From positions 32,001-96,000 of the forward strand of contig CAXXVD010000004.1 in the NCBI GenBank assembly GCA_963662335.2: DNA of 64,000 bases, read 5' to 3'. The number at the start of each line of letters is the position of its first letter. The stretch's first letter is position 1. Made by a program: the position numbers and the translations under genes. Positions 36,195 to 45,525 of this stretch are shown piece after piece. This DNA is from Chloroflexota bacterium. Its GTDB lineage: Bacteria > Chloroflexota > UBA11872 > VXOZ01. The notes below the pieces were generated by a model. That model did not search any database. It was not told the DNA's origin and was given only the letters and a program-made list of their open reading frames with translations.

Positions 36195-37589
36195 ATGCGA
36201 ACTGCAGAGCGATTTTCCCGTCGGTCTATTCTGGCTGGCGCGGCAAGTTTGGGCATAGGCGGAATAGCCCTGGCAGCTTGCGGCCAGGTGGCTCCCGCTC
36301 CCGCAGACGCGCCCGAAACCAAAGAGGAGCCGGAACCGGAACCGACGGCAGCGCCCGAGGCCATGGAGCCGACGGTCATCAAGTACATGCACTTCACCAC
36401 GCAGCAGGAAGTGTGGGACGAGACCTACGGCGCGGTCATCGGCCGCTATGAAGAGCGCAATCCGGATGTCACGGTCGAGCTTGACATCGTTACCTGGCCG
36501 TTGACGGCGGTGGCGGAGAAAGCCGTGGCCGCCAGCGCGGCGGGCATCTCCTACGACATGTACTACGGCTGGTTCGGCTACATCAGCCAGTTTGCCACCG
36601 CGGACATCATCCAGCCGCTCGACCCGTTCATCGCGAAGGACGCCGACGTCGATCTATCCGAGTACTACGAAGGCGCTCTCGAGCGGATCGGCGGCAATTT
36701 GTACGGCATTGCGTGGTTCCTGGGCGCCCGGTCCATCTGGTACAACGACGACATCATGACCAACGAGGGACTCACCTCTCCCGCCGACCTGGATGCCGCG
36801 GGCAACCTGAATTGGGACACCCTTACCGAGTTGGCAACGAAACTGACTACCCGCGAGGGCGCGAACGTGACGCGCTGGGGTCTGAGTTTCAATGGCAACG
36901 CCCATTCCAGCATCGTGATCGCGTTGAAGTCCTGGGGCGCCGGCTGGTGGAACGAGGACTTTACCGCCCCTGCCATTGATTCCCCCGAGGCAGCCGAGGC
37001 CGTGCAAACCGTGCTGGACCACGTCGTCAAGCATCAGGTGCATCCGCCGCTCGCCCGGAAGGAAACCGACGTTTCGCCGAACTTTACCGAGCAGAAACTC
37101 GGCATGGTCCTGACCGGTCCTTGGTACACGCGGACCATCAATCAAGAAATCGTGGAGGGGCAGACGCCTTTCAACGTCGATTTGGCAAACGTCCCGTTGG
37201 GACCTGCCGGTCGCGGCACGCCCTTGTTGATCAATGCCTTTTGGATCGCCCGCAGCTCGCCCCAGCCGGATGCGACGTGGGACCTATACAAGTACCTCAT
37301 CAGTGAAGAAGTGCAACCAGACTGGGCGAATCTGGGCGGCGGCCGCTTCCCGCCAAACCGCACCTACACACCGGCTGTGCAGTATCCCTTCGAGAACGTA
37401 GAAACGTACAAGGCGATTGCCGATGTGAGCATTCCTTTGCGCCAGGCGGTACAGCAGGCCGACATCAACGGCGCCTGGTCGGAGCTTTGGGGACAGATGG
37501 AAGCGGGCGAAAAGACCGTAGCGGAGGCCATCGCCGAGGCCCAACAGGTTTCGGCAATTGCGCTGCAAGAGGGCGGCTGCATCTGCTAG
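36195..37589 (+). CDS. Extracellular solute-binding lipoprotein, Tat signal, C-terminal GGCIC (copy 2)
   Basis: Colinear and highly similar to 34426-35817 along its whole length. Confidence 0.9.
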   Translation: MRTAERFSRRSILAGAASLGIGGIALAACGQVAPAPADAPETKEEPEPEPTAAPEAMEPTVIKYMHFTTQQEVWDETYGAVIGRYEERNPDVTVELDIVTWPLTAVAEKAVAASAAGISYDMYYGWFGYISQFATADIIQPLDPFIAKDADVDLSEYYEGALERIGGNLYGIAWFLGARSIWYNDDIMTNEGLTSPADLDAAGNLNWDTLTELATKLTTREGANVTRWGLSFNGNAHSSIVIALKSWGAGWWNEDFTAPAIDSPEAAEAVQTVLDHVVKHQVHPPLARKETDVSPNFTEQKLGMVLTGPWYTRTINQEIVEGQTPFNVDLANVPLGPAGRGTPLLINAFWIARSSPQPDATWDLYKYLISEEVQPDWANLGGGRFPPNRTYTPAVQYPFENVETYKAIADVSIPLRQAVQQADINGAWSELWGQMEAGEKTVAEAIAEAQQVSAIALQEGGCIC

Positions 37590-37680
37590 GCTGCCGCTAG
37601 ACTATTCGGAAACACGCGCAGTGATAGGCGCCAGAGTGTGGGCGCCTGTCACCGCTATGACGACAAGAGGAGCATAACCC

Positions 37681-38949
37681 ATGGCGATCAAGACCCCCAT
37701 CGATACGCGGCTCGCGATTGAAGGCGGCACGCCGGTGCGGTCGGCGGACGACCCTCTGCCCGAGATCTTCCCCCGCGACGTGCCGCAGGAATCCTACGAC
37801 AACATCCGGGAAGTCCTGGAGAAGGGCTTGTCTTCCGGCTACTTGCCGCGCTTCGAGCAGGAGTTTGCCGAGGTCAACGGCGCGAAGTACTGCGTCTCCC
37901 TGGCAAACTGCACGGCCACGCTGCACACCATCATCGCGGCGATGGACATCGGGCCGGGCAAAGAGGTTATCGTAAATCCGATTACTGACCTTGGCTCGGT
38001 GGCCGGCATCATGGCGCAGGGCGCGATTCCCATCTTCCCGGACGTGGACATCCGCACCGGCAACGTGACCGCCGAGACGATCGAAAAGGTCATCTCGGAG
38101 CGCACGGCGGCCATCATCGCCGTCCACTGGTACGGGCTGCTCTGCCCCATGGACGACATCGTGGCGCTGGCAAAGAAGCACAACATCCTGTTGGTCGAGG
38201 ACGTATGCCAGGCGCCGTTGGCCAAGTACAAGGGCCGCAACGCCGGCACGCTGGGCGACGTGGGCGCGTTCTCGTTCGATGCCGAAAAGCACCTCTCCGG
38301 CGGCCACGGCGGCGCGCTGCTCACCGACAACAAGGACATTGCCGACCGCGTCTACCTGTTTGGGGTCTCGCGCGGTGGCGTGCGTGTCCCGCGCTACGGT
38401 CGCAAGCACGTGCGCTTCGGCCTGAACATGCGTTTCGGCGAGTTGGAGGCAGCCTTCGTGCTGGGCATGCTGCACATTCTCGAAGAGCAGAACCAGCGCC
38501 GCCGCGAGACTGCCGCCGCCCTCAGCCAGCGGATTCTCGATGACATTCCTGGATTGACTCCGCCCTATATTCCCGAGGGGGCCGACCACATCTACTGGTA
38601 CTACTACCTGCACGTGGATCCCACTGCCTTTACCTGCGGCCTCTGGGATCTCTCCGATGCGCTCATGGCCGAGGGCCTGAAAGCCGAACCCGGCCCCTGG
38701 CAGCTGGTGCCCGACAGCCACACGTTCTTGCACACCAAGACGACGGTGGCCGGCGAATCCCACTGGCCGTGGGACCATCCCATGAACGAGTTTGCCAAGG
38801 ACATCGAGTACAGCGCCGACATGGTGCCAATCGCCAAAGAGCACGTGGACACCACCATCCGCTGGAACTGGACGGACAAGTACACCGACCGGGACGTGGA
38901 GGACATGGCGACGATTCTGGCAAAGGTGACGGATCGCTACCGGGCGTAG
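37681..38949 (+). CDS. DegT/DnrJ/EryC1/StrS family PLP aminotransferase
   Basis: FEQEFA, ANCTATLH, VHWYG, VEDVCQA and SFDAEKHLSGGHGG motifs. Confidence 0.92.
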   Translation: MAIKTPIDTRLAIEGGTPVRSADDPLPEIFPRDVPQESYDNIREVLEKGLSSGYLPRFEQEFAEVNGAKYCVSLANCTATLHTIIAAMDIGPGKEVIVNPITDLGSVAGIMAQGAIPIFPDVDIRTGNVTAETIEKVISERTAAIIAVHWYGLLCPMDDIVALAKKHNILLVEDVCQAPLAKYKGRNAGTLGDVGAFSFDAEKHLSGGHGGALLTDNKDIADRVYLFGVSRGGVRVPRYGRKHVRFGLNMRFGELEAAFVLGMLHILEEQNQRRRETAAALSQRILDDIPGLTPPYIPEGADHIYWYYYLHVDPTAFTCGLWDLSDALMAEGLKAEPGPWQLVPDSHTFLHTKTTVAGESHWPWDHPMNEFAKDIEYSADMVPIAKEHVDTTIRWNWTDKYTDRDVEDMATILAKVTDRYRA

Positions 38950-38950
38950 C

Positions 38951-39367
38951 GCCGTTCGCGCTGAGCCTGTCGAAGCGCGAGGGTTGAGCACGGTCGCCAG
39001 CCGTTCGCGCTGAGCCTATGGGAGCGCCGCCGGTGGGCGTTGGCTGGCTCTGTTCGGTTGAGTTCGCTCCGTTCACCCTTCGACAGGCTCAGGGCGAACG
39101 GAAAGAGCGAATACGGAAAGAGCAAGAGCGGAAGCCGCGCCGCCAGCCGTTCGCGCTGAGCCTATGGGAGCGCCGCCGGTGGGCGTTGGCTGGCTCTGTT
39201 CGCAAGGGTCCGTTCCGTTCACCCTTCGACAAGCTCAGGGCGAACGGAAAGAGGAAAACGGAAAGAGCAAGAGCGGCAGCCACGCCGCCCGCCGTTCGCG
39301 CTGAGCCTGTCGAAGCGCAAGCGGTGAGCAACGCCGCCCGCCGTTCGCGCTGAGCCTGTCGAAGCGC
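38951..39367. repeat. BIME-like REP-D array with a ~146-bp tandem duplication
   Basis: Five CCGTTCGCGCTGAGCCT copies plus two inverted CCCTTCGACARGCTCAGGGCGAACGG copies; units start at 38995, 39141 and about 39286. Confidence 0.88.
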
Positions 39368-39396
39368 GGGCATTGCAGTGGAAAGGGTCTAAGCGC

Positions 39397-40302
39397 ATGT
39401 ACCCAAACGGCGCTCAGTTTTGTCTGAGCCTGACGTTCGACATCGAGATGTCCTACAACTTTCCCTATTGGACGTCCGACTATCCGGACTACGGCGCGAT
39501 CGACCCCCACGTCAAGCAGTACGTCCACCAAATGCTCGACGTGGCCAAGAAGTACGGCGTCAAGTTCCAGTTCTTCGTGGTAGGCAGCGCGTTGGAAGAC
39601 CCGGACGTGGACTATCTCAAGCGGCTGGTGGCCGAGGGGCACGCGCTCGACAACCACACGTACAGCCACGTAAACGTCAAGGCGCAACGGGTCGCGAACC
39701 TGCACCCGTCGTACAAGCGCGCCCCCTGGCGGGCCGGCGGCCTCTCGCCACTAGAGTGCCTGCGCCATGAGATTAGGCAGACGAGCAGCGGCTTGCGCGA
39801 GCGGCTGGGCGTTGAAACGACCGGCTTCCGCACGCCGGGCGCTTTCCCCAACGGCCTACAGGATACGCCGGCCGTGCAGGCGCTCCTCCAAGAAGAGGGC
39901 TTTCGGTTTGCCTCCGCGCATTACCAGTGCCCCACGGAACGCGCCTGGCGTCCGCCCCGCGCGGAACTGGAAGCCGCCGTGCGCCTCAGCCTCGACACCC
40001 TTCAGCCCTACCGCTACCCCAGCGGCCTGCCGGAAATTCCGATGATGGGCATGAGCGACGCCATTGCCTTCCGCTCCCTGGACTTGGATCGCTGGGAGTA
40101 CATCCACCTGGCGACCGTTGCGGTTGATCACGCGCACGAAAACGGTCAGACCCTCAGCCTCTTAGCGCATCCTTCGTATCTCGCCGCCCGCGATCCCCAC
40201 TGTGATATGCTGAACACCGTGCTGCGCCGCGCGCTCGATAAGCCCGGCGGCTGTTGGGTCGCCACCAACCGGCAGGTCAACGACGTCGTGCTGGCGGCCT
40301 GA
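39397..40302 (+). CDS. Polysaccharide deacetylase family protein
   Basis: SLTFDIE, QFFVVG, HTYSH, GFRTPG and LAHP motifs. Confidence 0.85.
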   Translation: MYPNGAQFCLSLTFDIEMSYNFPYWTSDYPDYGAIDPHVKQYVHQMLDVAKKYGVKFQFFVVGSALEDPDVDYLKRLVAEGHALDNHTYSHVNVKAQRVANLHPSYKRAPWRAGGLSPLECLRHEIRQTSSGLRERLGVETTGFRTPGAFPNGLQDTPAVQALLQEEGFRFASAHYQCPTERAWRPPRAELEAAVRLSLDTLQPYRYPSGLPEIPMMGMSDAIAFRSLDLDRWEYIHLATVAVDHAHENGQTLSLLAHPSYLAARDPHCDMLNTVLRRALDKPGGCWVATNRQVNDVVLAA

Positions 40303-40472
40303 GCGCAGATCGTGGCAAGCCGGTAGGTTTCAGGGCAATGCGCCGCCGGCCTGCCGTCAAAGTCTCGCTTGGCTTGCCGCGGCGGCCGCGCGTCCTGCCC
40401 GCAATTGGCGCAAGTATCGTATCCTCTATAGTGATTCGTGTGCGGTAAAGCGCGTGCAGAAAGGGTAGTCGG

Positions 40473-41723
40473 GTGACCGCCATCGACCCAGACGTTCAGT
40501 GGTTGCAGTGCGTCCGGTGCGACGCGCGCTTTGCAATTGGGACGTACCAATTTGGCTGTCCGCAGTGCTTCCAAGAGGGGCGGCAAGGCCCGCTAGACTT
40601 TCGCGTGGATCTGGCAGACGGCGTGCCCGCCGGCTTTCAAGCCGCCTGGGACGCCGGGCCGGGGCACAATGTCTGGCGCTACGGCGACCTGCTGCCGGCG
40701 GCAGGTGACCCGCTGAGCCTGGACGAAGGCGGGACACCGCTCACCCTTCTCGCCGACGTGAGCGACGAACTCGGTCTCCGGGTTTACGTCAAGAACGAGA
40801 CCATGAACCCCACCTGGTCGTTCAAGGACCGCCACGCCGCCGTCAATGTCACCCTGGCGCGCCAACTCGGCTTTGAAAAGGTGGTGGCCTCATCCACCGG
40901 CAACGCCGGCCAGGCGGTGGCGGCCTACGCGGCGCTGGCGGGACTGCGCGCGCTCATCATCGGCTACCCCACCTCGTCGGAATTGCTCCGCCGCGTGATG
41001 CAGATCCACGGCGCAAGTGTTGTCACCATGCCCAAGCGCGAGATTGGCGGCATGATGCGCGAGTTGGTCGAGAATCACGGCTGGTTGCCGGTGGGTTCGT
41101 CCGACCCCAATCCGCTCGCCAGTCCCTACGGCGTTACGGGCTACAAGACCATCGGCTACGAAATCGCGAGCGCTCTCGGCGCGGCGCCTGACGCCATCCT
41201 CGTGCCCACCGGTGGCGGGGACGGCCTCTACGGCGTCTGGCGCGGGCTTACCGATCTGCGCGCAATGGGCCTTATAGAAAACCTGCCGCGCCTGGTGGGC
41301 TGTCAGACCGCGGCCACGCACCCGCTGCTGCACGCGCTCACGCACAACCGCAGCGAAATCGAGCCACAGCCGGAGCCGGAATCCCTTGCCACGTCCATCA
41401 TCGAAGGGCGCTGCGGCGTGCACGCCTTGCGCGCGCTCCGCGCCTCCGGCGGCACGGCCACGGCGGTCACGGAGGACGAGTTGCGCCAGGCGATCCGGCG
41501 CATGGCGGGCCGCGGCTTCTTCTTCGAAAGCGCCTCGCTCGCCACCATCGCCAGCCTCTTCCGGCTGCACGGAGAAGGCTACTTTACGCCGGGCGAGACC
41601 GTCGTGTGCGTCATTACCGGCTCCGGCGTCAAGTGGCCGGACGTGATCAATCAGGTTGCGCCGGCCGCGCCGCACCTGGAAGAGCCGAGCATCGGCGCTC
41701 TCGCTGATGTCATGGAACTGTGA
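40473..41723 (+). CDS. Threonine synthase-like PLP enzyme
   Basis: CxxC..CxxC N-terminus; EGGTPL, KNETMNPTWSFKDR, SSTGNAG, GYKTIGYEI and ITGSGVK motifs. Confidence 0.88.
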   Translation: MTAIDPDVQWLQCVRCDARFAIGTYQFGCPQCFQEGRQGPLDFRVDLADGVPAGFQAAWDAGPGHNVWRYGDLLPAAGDPLSLDEGGTPLTLLADVSDELGLRVYVKNETMNPTWSFKDRHAAVNVTLARQLGFEKVVASSTGNAGQAVAAYAALAGLRALIIGYPTSSELLRRVMQIHGASVVTMPKREIGGMMRELVENHGWLPVGSSDPNPLASPYGVTGYKTIGYEIASALGAAPDAILVPTGGGDGLYGVWRGLTDLRAMGLIENLPRLVGCQTAATHPLLHALTHNRSEIEPQPEPESLATSIIEGRCGVHALRALRASGGTATAVTEDELRQAIRRMAGRGFFFESASLATIASLFRLHGEGYFTPGETVVCVITGSGVKWPDVINQVAPAAPHLEEPSIGALADVMEL

Positions 41724-41742
41724 CGGCAAGGGAAGAAACACC

Positions 41743-43251
41743 ATGAGGCAATCACCCCGGATCGCCGTCGGCTCGATTCTGACCGAATGCAACCAGTTCG
41801 GCGGCAAGCTGATCGAGCGCGACGAGTTTGCCCGCAGCCAGCTTGCCCGCGGCCAGGACGTTATGTCAATTTCCGGCGGCGCAGTCGGCGGCATGTTGCA
41901 CACGCTGCGCGAGCAAGAGGCCGAGATTGTGCCGCTCGTCGTTGCCAGCGCCTATCCCGGCGGGCCGATAGCGCAGGAATGCTACGCGCAACTCAAAGCC
42001 GACCTGCTCGCCGACCTCAGCGACGCCCTGCCGGTGGACGGCGTGCTGCTGGCGCTGCACGGCGCGGCGGTCACGACGGAAATCGACGACGTGGAGGGTG
42101 ACCTGCTGGCGGCGGCGCGCGCAATTGTCGGCCCGGACGTGCCGGTTGTCGGCACGCTCGACCTGCACGCCAACGTGACCACGCCGATGATGCGCCATGC
42201 CGACGGCCTCGTGGCCTGGGAGACCTACCCGCACGTTGACCCCTTCACCACCGGCGTGCGCGGCGCGCGGCTGCTGCTGGGAACGCTGGACGGGTCGCAC
42301 AAGCCGGCCATGGCCATGGCCAAAACGCCCATTCTCACCAGCGCCATCAATGCGAGCACCGTGGGTGAAGGCCCCTTTGCCGACGTGATGCGTCTGGCGA
42401 AGTCGTTTGAAGCGCGGCCGGGCATCCTCTCCACCAGCGCCTTTCACGCCCACGCCACGCTCGACGTGCCGGAAATGGGCGGCGGCGGTCTGGTGATTAC
42501 CGACGGCGACGAAGAGCTAGCAGCGGAACTTGCGGCGCGGATTGCCAACCTCATGTGGGAGAAGCGCTTTGCCCTCGAGCCGGACACGTTAACGCCCGAG
42601 GCAGCAGTAGAGGCGGGCATGAAGATTGCGGGCGGCCCGGTAGTCTTGGTCGAGTGCGCCGACTGCGTTGGCGGCGGCGCGGCCGGGGACAGCGTCGCTA
42701 CGATTCCCGCTCTTATGAAACTGAGCAAGGGCGTTGCCATCATTCCGGTGGTCGATCCTGAAGCGGCGGCCCGCTGTCACCAGGCCGGTGAAGGCAATAG
42801 CGTCACGCTAACGTTGGGACACAAGCTCGATCCTCAGTGGGGCAGCCCCCTCACCCTGACCGGCACAGTGAGAACGCTCAGCGACGGTCAGTTTCAATAC
42901 ACCGGCGGCATCTGGGCGGAAGAATGGGCGACCATGGGCCCGTCGGCGGTGCTGGAGTGCGGCAGCGCGCGCATCTTGATTGCGACCCACGGCACGTACG
43001 AGTGGCGCGATGAGCAATTCCGCGCGCTGGCGATGGACATCGAGGGCGCGAAGTTCATCGTGGCGAAGAATCCCATGAACTACCGTCAAACCTACGGTGA
43101 AATAGCAAAGAGCGAGTTCATCCTGGATACCCCCGGCGCCACGCCGCCCTCGCTGCGGCGCTTTACGTACCACAAGGTCCCGCGCCCCTACTTCCCGGAA
43201 GTCGCCGAGATTCCTGGCTTCAGGCCCACGCTCATTCGCGGCAGCGGCTGA
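41743..43251 (+). CDS. M81 family metallopeptidase (MlrC-like)
   Basis: TECNQF, LALHGA, DVEGD, LDLHANV, TYPHVD and DCVGGGAAGD motifs. Confidence 0.9.
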   Translation: MRQSPRIAVGSILTECNQFGGKLIERDEFARSQLARGQDVMSISGGAVGGMLHTLREQEAEIVPLVVASAYPGGPIAQECYAQLKADLLADLSDALPVDGVLLALHGAAVTTEIDDVEGDLLAAARAIVGPDVPVVGTLDLHANVTTPMMRHADGLVAWETYPHVDPFTTGVRGARLLLGTLDGSHKPAMAMAKTPILTSAINASTVGEGPFADVMRLAKSFEARPGILSTSAFHAHATLDVPEMGGGGLVITDGDEELAAELAARIANLMWEKRFALEPDTLTPEAAVEAGMKIAGGPVVLVECADCVGGGAAGDSVATIPALMKLSKGVAIIPVVDPEAAARCHQAGEGNSVTLTLGHKLDPQWGSPLTLTGTVRTLSDGQFQYTGGIWAEEWATMGPSAVLECGSARILIATHGTYEWRDEQFRALAMDIEGAKFIVAKNPMNYRQTYGEIAKSEFILDTPGATPPSLRRFTYHKVPRPYFPEVAEIPGFRPTLIRGSG

Positions 43252-43268
43252 AAGGTAGCGACGCGGCG

Positions 43269-44675
43269 ATGTCCGGCGTCCTCGTCAACGACATTCACTC
43301 GCGACTCAATCCCATCACCGTCGACCGGGTTGCGCCCGTCGACTCGCTGGAATCCATTCAAGCGGCCCTCGCCGCCGCGCGTGAAGAAGCAATGCCCGTG
43401 TCCATCGCCGGAGGACGGCACGCCATGGGCGGCCAGCAATTCGGCAGCGGCACGATCCTCCTGGATACGGCCCCCCTCAACCGGGTGCTCGACTTCGACG
43501 CCGCGGCCGGCCTGATCACGGTCGAAGCCGGCATCCACTGGCCGGACCTCATCGCCGCCTGCCGCAAAGCCGCGCCGGGAAACGCGCAGGAGTGGGCGAT
43601 CGCGCAAAAGCAGACCGGCGGCGACCGCATGAGCATCGGCGGCGCGCTGGCGGCCAACGTCCACGGCCGCGGCCTGCGCATGAGGCCCATCATCGCCGAC
43701 GTCGAGTCTTTCACGCTTGTGGACTCCGGCGGCAGCGTCCGTCAGTGCAGCCGCCAAGAGAACGCGGAGCTCTTTCGGTTGGCCATAGGCGGCTACGGCC
43801 TCTTTGGCGTGGTCTACAGTGTCACGCTGCGCCTGGTACCGCGCCGAAAACTCCAGCGCGTTGTCAGCGTCATCGACATCGAGGAACTCATACCCGCATT
43901 TCAGCAGAGCATCGCTGAGGGCTTTCTCTACGGCGATTTCCAGTACTCGATCGACGACACGTCCAATGACTTTCTGACTGCGGGCGTGTTTTCCTGCTAT
44001 CGTCCGGTTGCGCCGGAGACGCCCATCCCCGACGGCCAGCGCGAACTTACCGTCGACGACTGGCGGCGCTTGCTTCTCTACGCGCACGTCAACAAGCCCC
44101 AAGCCTTTGCCGAATACGTCGACCACTATCTGGCTACAAACGGTCAGATGTACTGGTCGGACCTGCACCAACTCGGCTACTACGAGGAGGGCTACCACCA
44201 CACGCTGGATAGTTTTCGCGGCGCCGCCGCCACGGCCACGGAGGTCATCACCGAAATCTACGTCCCGCGCGAGTCCCTGGCGCCATTCATGCGCGGCGCG
44301 CGGGAGGACTTCCGGCGGCACGAGACCGAGGTCATCTACGGCACGATTCGCCTGGTGGAGCGGGATGACGAGAGTTTCCTGGCCTGGGCGCGGGAAAGCT
44401 TTGCGTGCGTGATCTTCAACCTGCACGTGGAGCATACGCCGGCCGGCCAAGAGCGCGCGGGCGCGGCGTTCCGGCGGTTGATCGACCGCGCGCTCCAATA
44501 CGGTGGCAGCTACTACCTGACCTATCACAAGCACGCCACACGGGCGCAAGTAGAGCAATGCTATCCGCAGTTTCCGGCGTTTCTGCGCCTCAAACGCCAG
44601 TACGACCCGCACGAGCGCTTCCAGAGCGACTGGTACCGCCACTACGCCGCGTTGTTTTCGGATTTGATGGGGTAA
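43269..44675 (+). CDS. FAD-binding oxidoreductase (VAO/PCMH family)
   Basis: AGGRHAMGGQ, VEAGIHW, SIGGALAANVHG, ELF..AIGGYGLFGVV and KRQYDP motifs. Confidence 0.88.
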   Translation: MSGVLVNDIHSRLNPITVDRVAPVDSLESIQAALAAAREEAMPVSIAGGRHAMGGQQFGSGTILLDTAPLNRVLDFDAAAGLITVEAGIHWPDLIAACRKAAPGNAQEWAIAQKQTGGDRMSIGGALAANVHGRGLRMRPIIADVESFTLVDSGGSVRQCSRQENAELFRLAIGGYGLFGVVYSVTLRLVPRRKLQRVVSVIDIEELIPAFQQSIAEGFLYGDFQYSIDDTSNDFLTAGVFSCYRPVAPETPIPDGQRELTVDDWRRLLLYAHVNKPQAFAEYVDHYLATNGQMYWSDLHQLGYYEEGYHHTLDSFRGAAATATEVITEIYVPRESLAPFMRGAREDFRRHETEVIYGTIRLVERDDESFLAWARESFACVIFNLHVEHTPAGQERAGAAFRRLIDRALQYGGSYYLTYHKHATRAQVEQCYPQFPAFLRLKRQYDPHERFQSDWYRHYAALFSDLMG

Positions 44676-44745
44676 GTGGTATTATCTAGTCGTAGAGAGC
44701 GCCAGACCTTCTGAGGAGCACAACGCGATCAAGATCAACGAACCC

Positions 44746-45414
44746 ATGACGGTTCTGACCGACGTCTTGCTTGGCGTCTGTACGGCGTGGTGGGGCCTTG
44801 ATTTGCTGCGGCGCGGGCGCGCCCGGCGGCAGCGTTCGCAGGTTTTCTGGGGACTGGGCTTCATTGCCGCCGCGGCCGCGGCACTGCTGGGCGGCGCATC
44901 GCACGCGGTGGGCGAGCAGGCCCCGGCCGCGCGACAAGCGCTGTGGAAGGGAACGCTCTTGGCAACGGGTTTCACGAGCGCAGCCATGCTTGCCAGCGCG
45001 GTGGCGGCCGCCGCGCCGCGACCGTACCGGCGCTGGCTGCTGGCGGGTACGGCGGCGAAATTGGCCGCCTACTGCGGCTGGATGGCGTCCCACGACCGGT
45101 TCCGGTACGTGATCATGGACTACGGCTCGGCCATGGCCGGTGTCGTGGCGCTGCACGCGCCGGCGCTGCGCCGGCCGGATGAGGCGGGGGCTTCAGGCTG
45201 TATTGTAGGAGGCGTTGCCGCGTCGGTAATCGCCGCACTCGTCCAGCAGCGCGGAGTAAGACTCCATCGCCACTTCAATCATAACGACCTCTATCATCTC
45301 ATGCAGTTGGGCGCGTGCTACCTCTTCTATTGCGGCGGCCGCCGTTTGCGCGACCGGCGCGAAGAGACGGCGCGCGAACTAAATCATGCGGTTGAGCAAA
45401 CAGAGGCCATCTAG
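44746..45414 (+). CDS. Integral membrane protein (DUF6962-like)
   Basis: TVLTD, GASH and HFNHNDLYH motifs with about 7 TM segments; possible ATC start at 44728. Confidence 0.7.
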   Translation: MTVLTDVLLGVCTAWWGLDLLRRGRARRQRSQVFWGLGFIAAAAAALLGGASHAVGEQAPAARQALWKGTLLATGFTSAAMLASAVAAAAPRPYRRWLLAGTAAKLAAYCGWMASHDRFRYVIMDYGSAMAGVVALHAPALRRPDEAGASGCIVGGVAASVIAALVQQRGVRLHRHFNHNDLYHLMQLGACYLFYCGGRRLRDRREETARELNHAVEQTEAI

Positions 45415-45525
45415 CAGGCGCGGCCCAGTGCCGCGCGCCATACGAGGAGAATATGCTGCACGAAGACCGCCGAGACAGTCGCGAGCGCGGGTCCGCCGCC
45501 GCGACTCGCGTTGAGAGGAGCGGCC

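Noticed and set aside
38951-39367. CRISPR array from recurring CCGTTCGCGCTGAGCC
   Set aside because: Spacing is irregular, both orientations occur and intervening sequences are duplicated; this fits a REP/BIME cluster.
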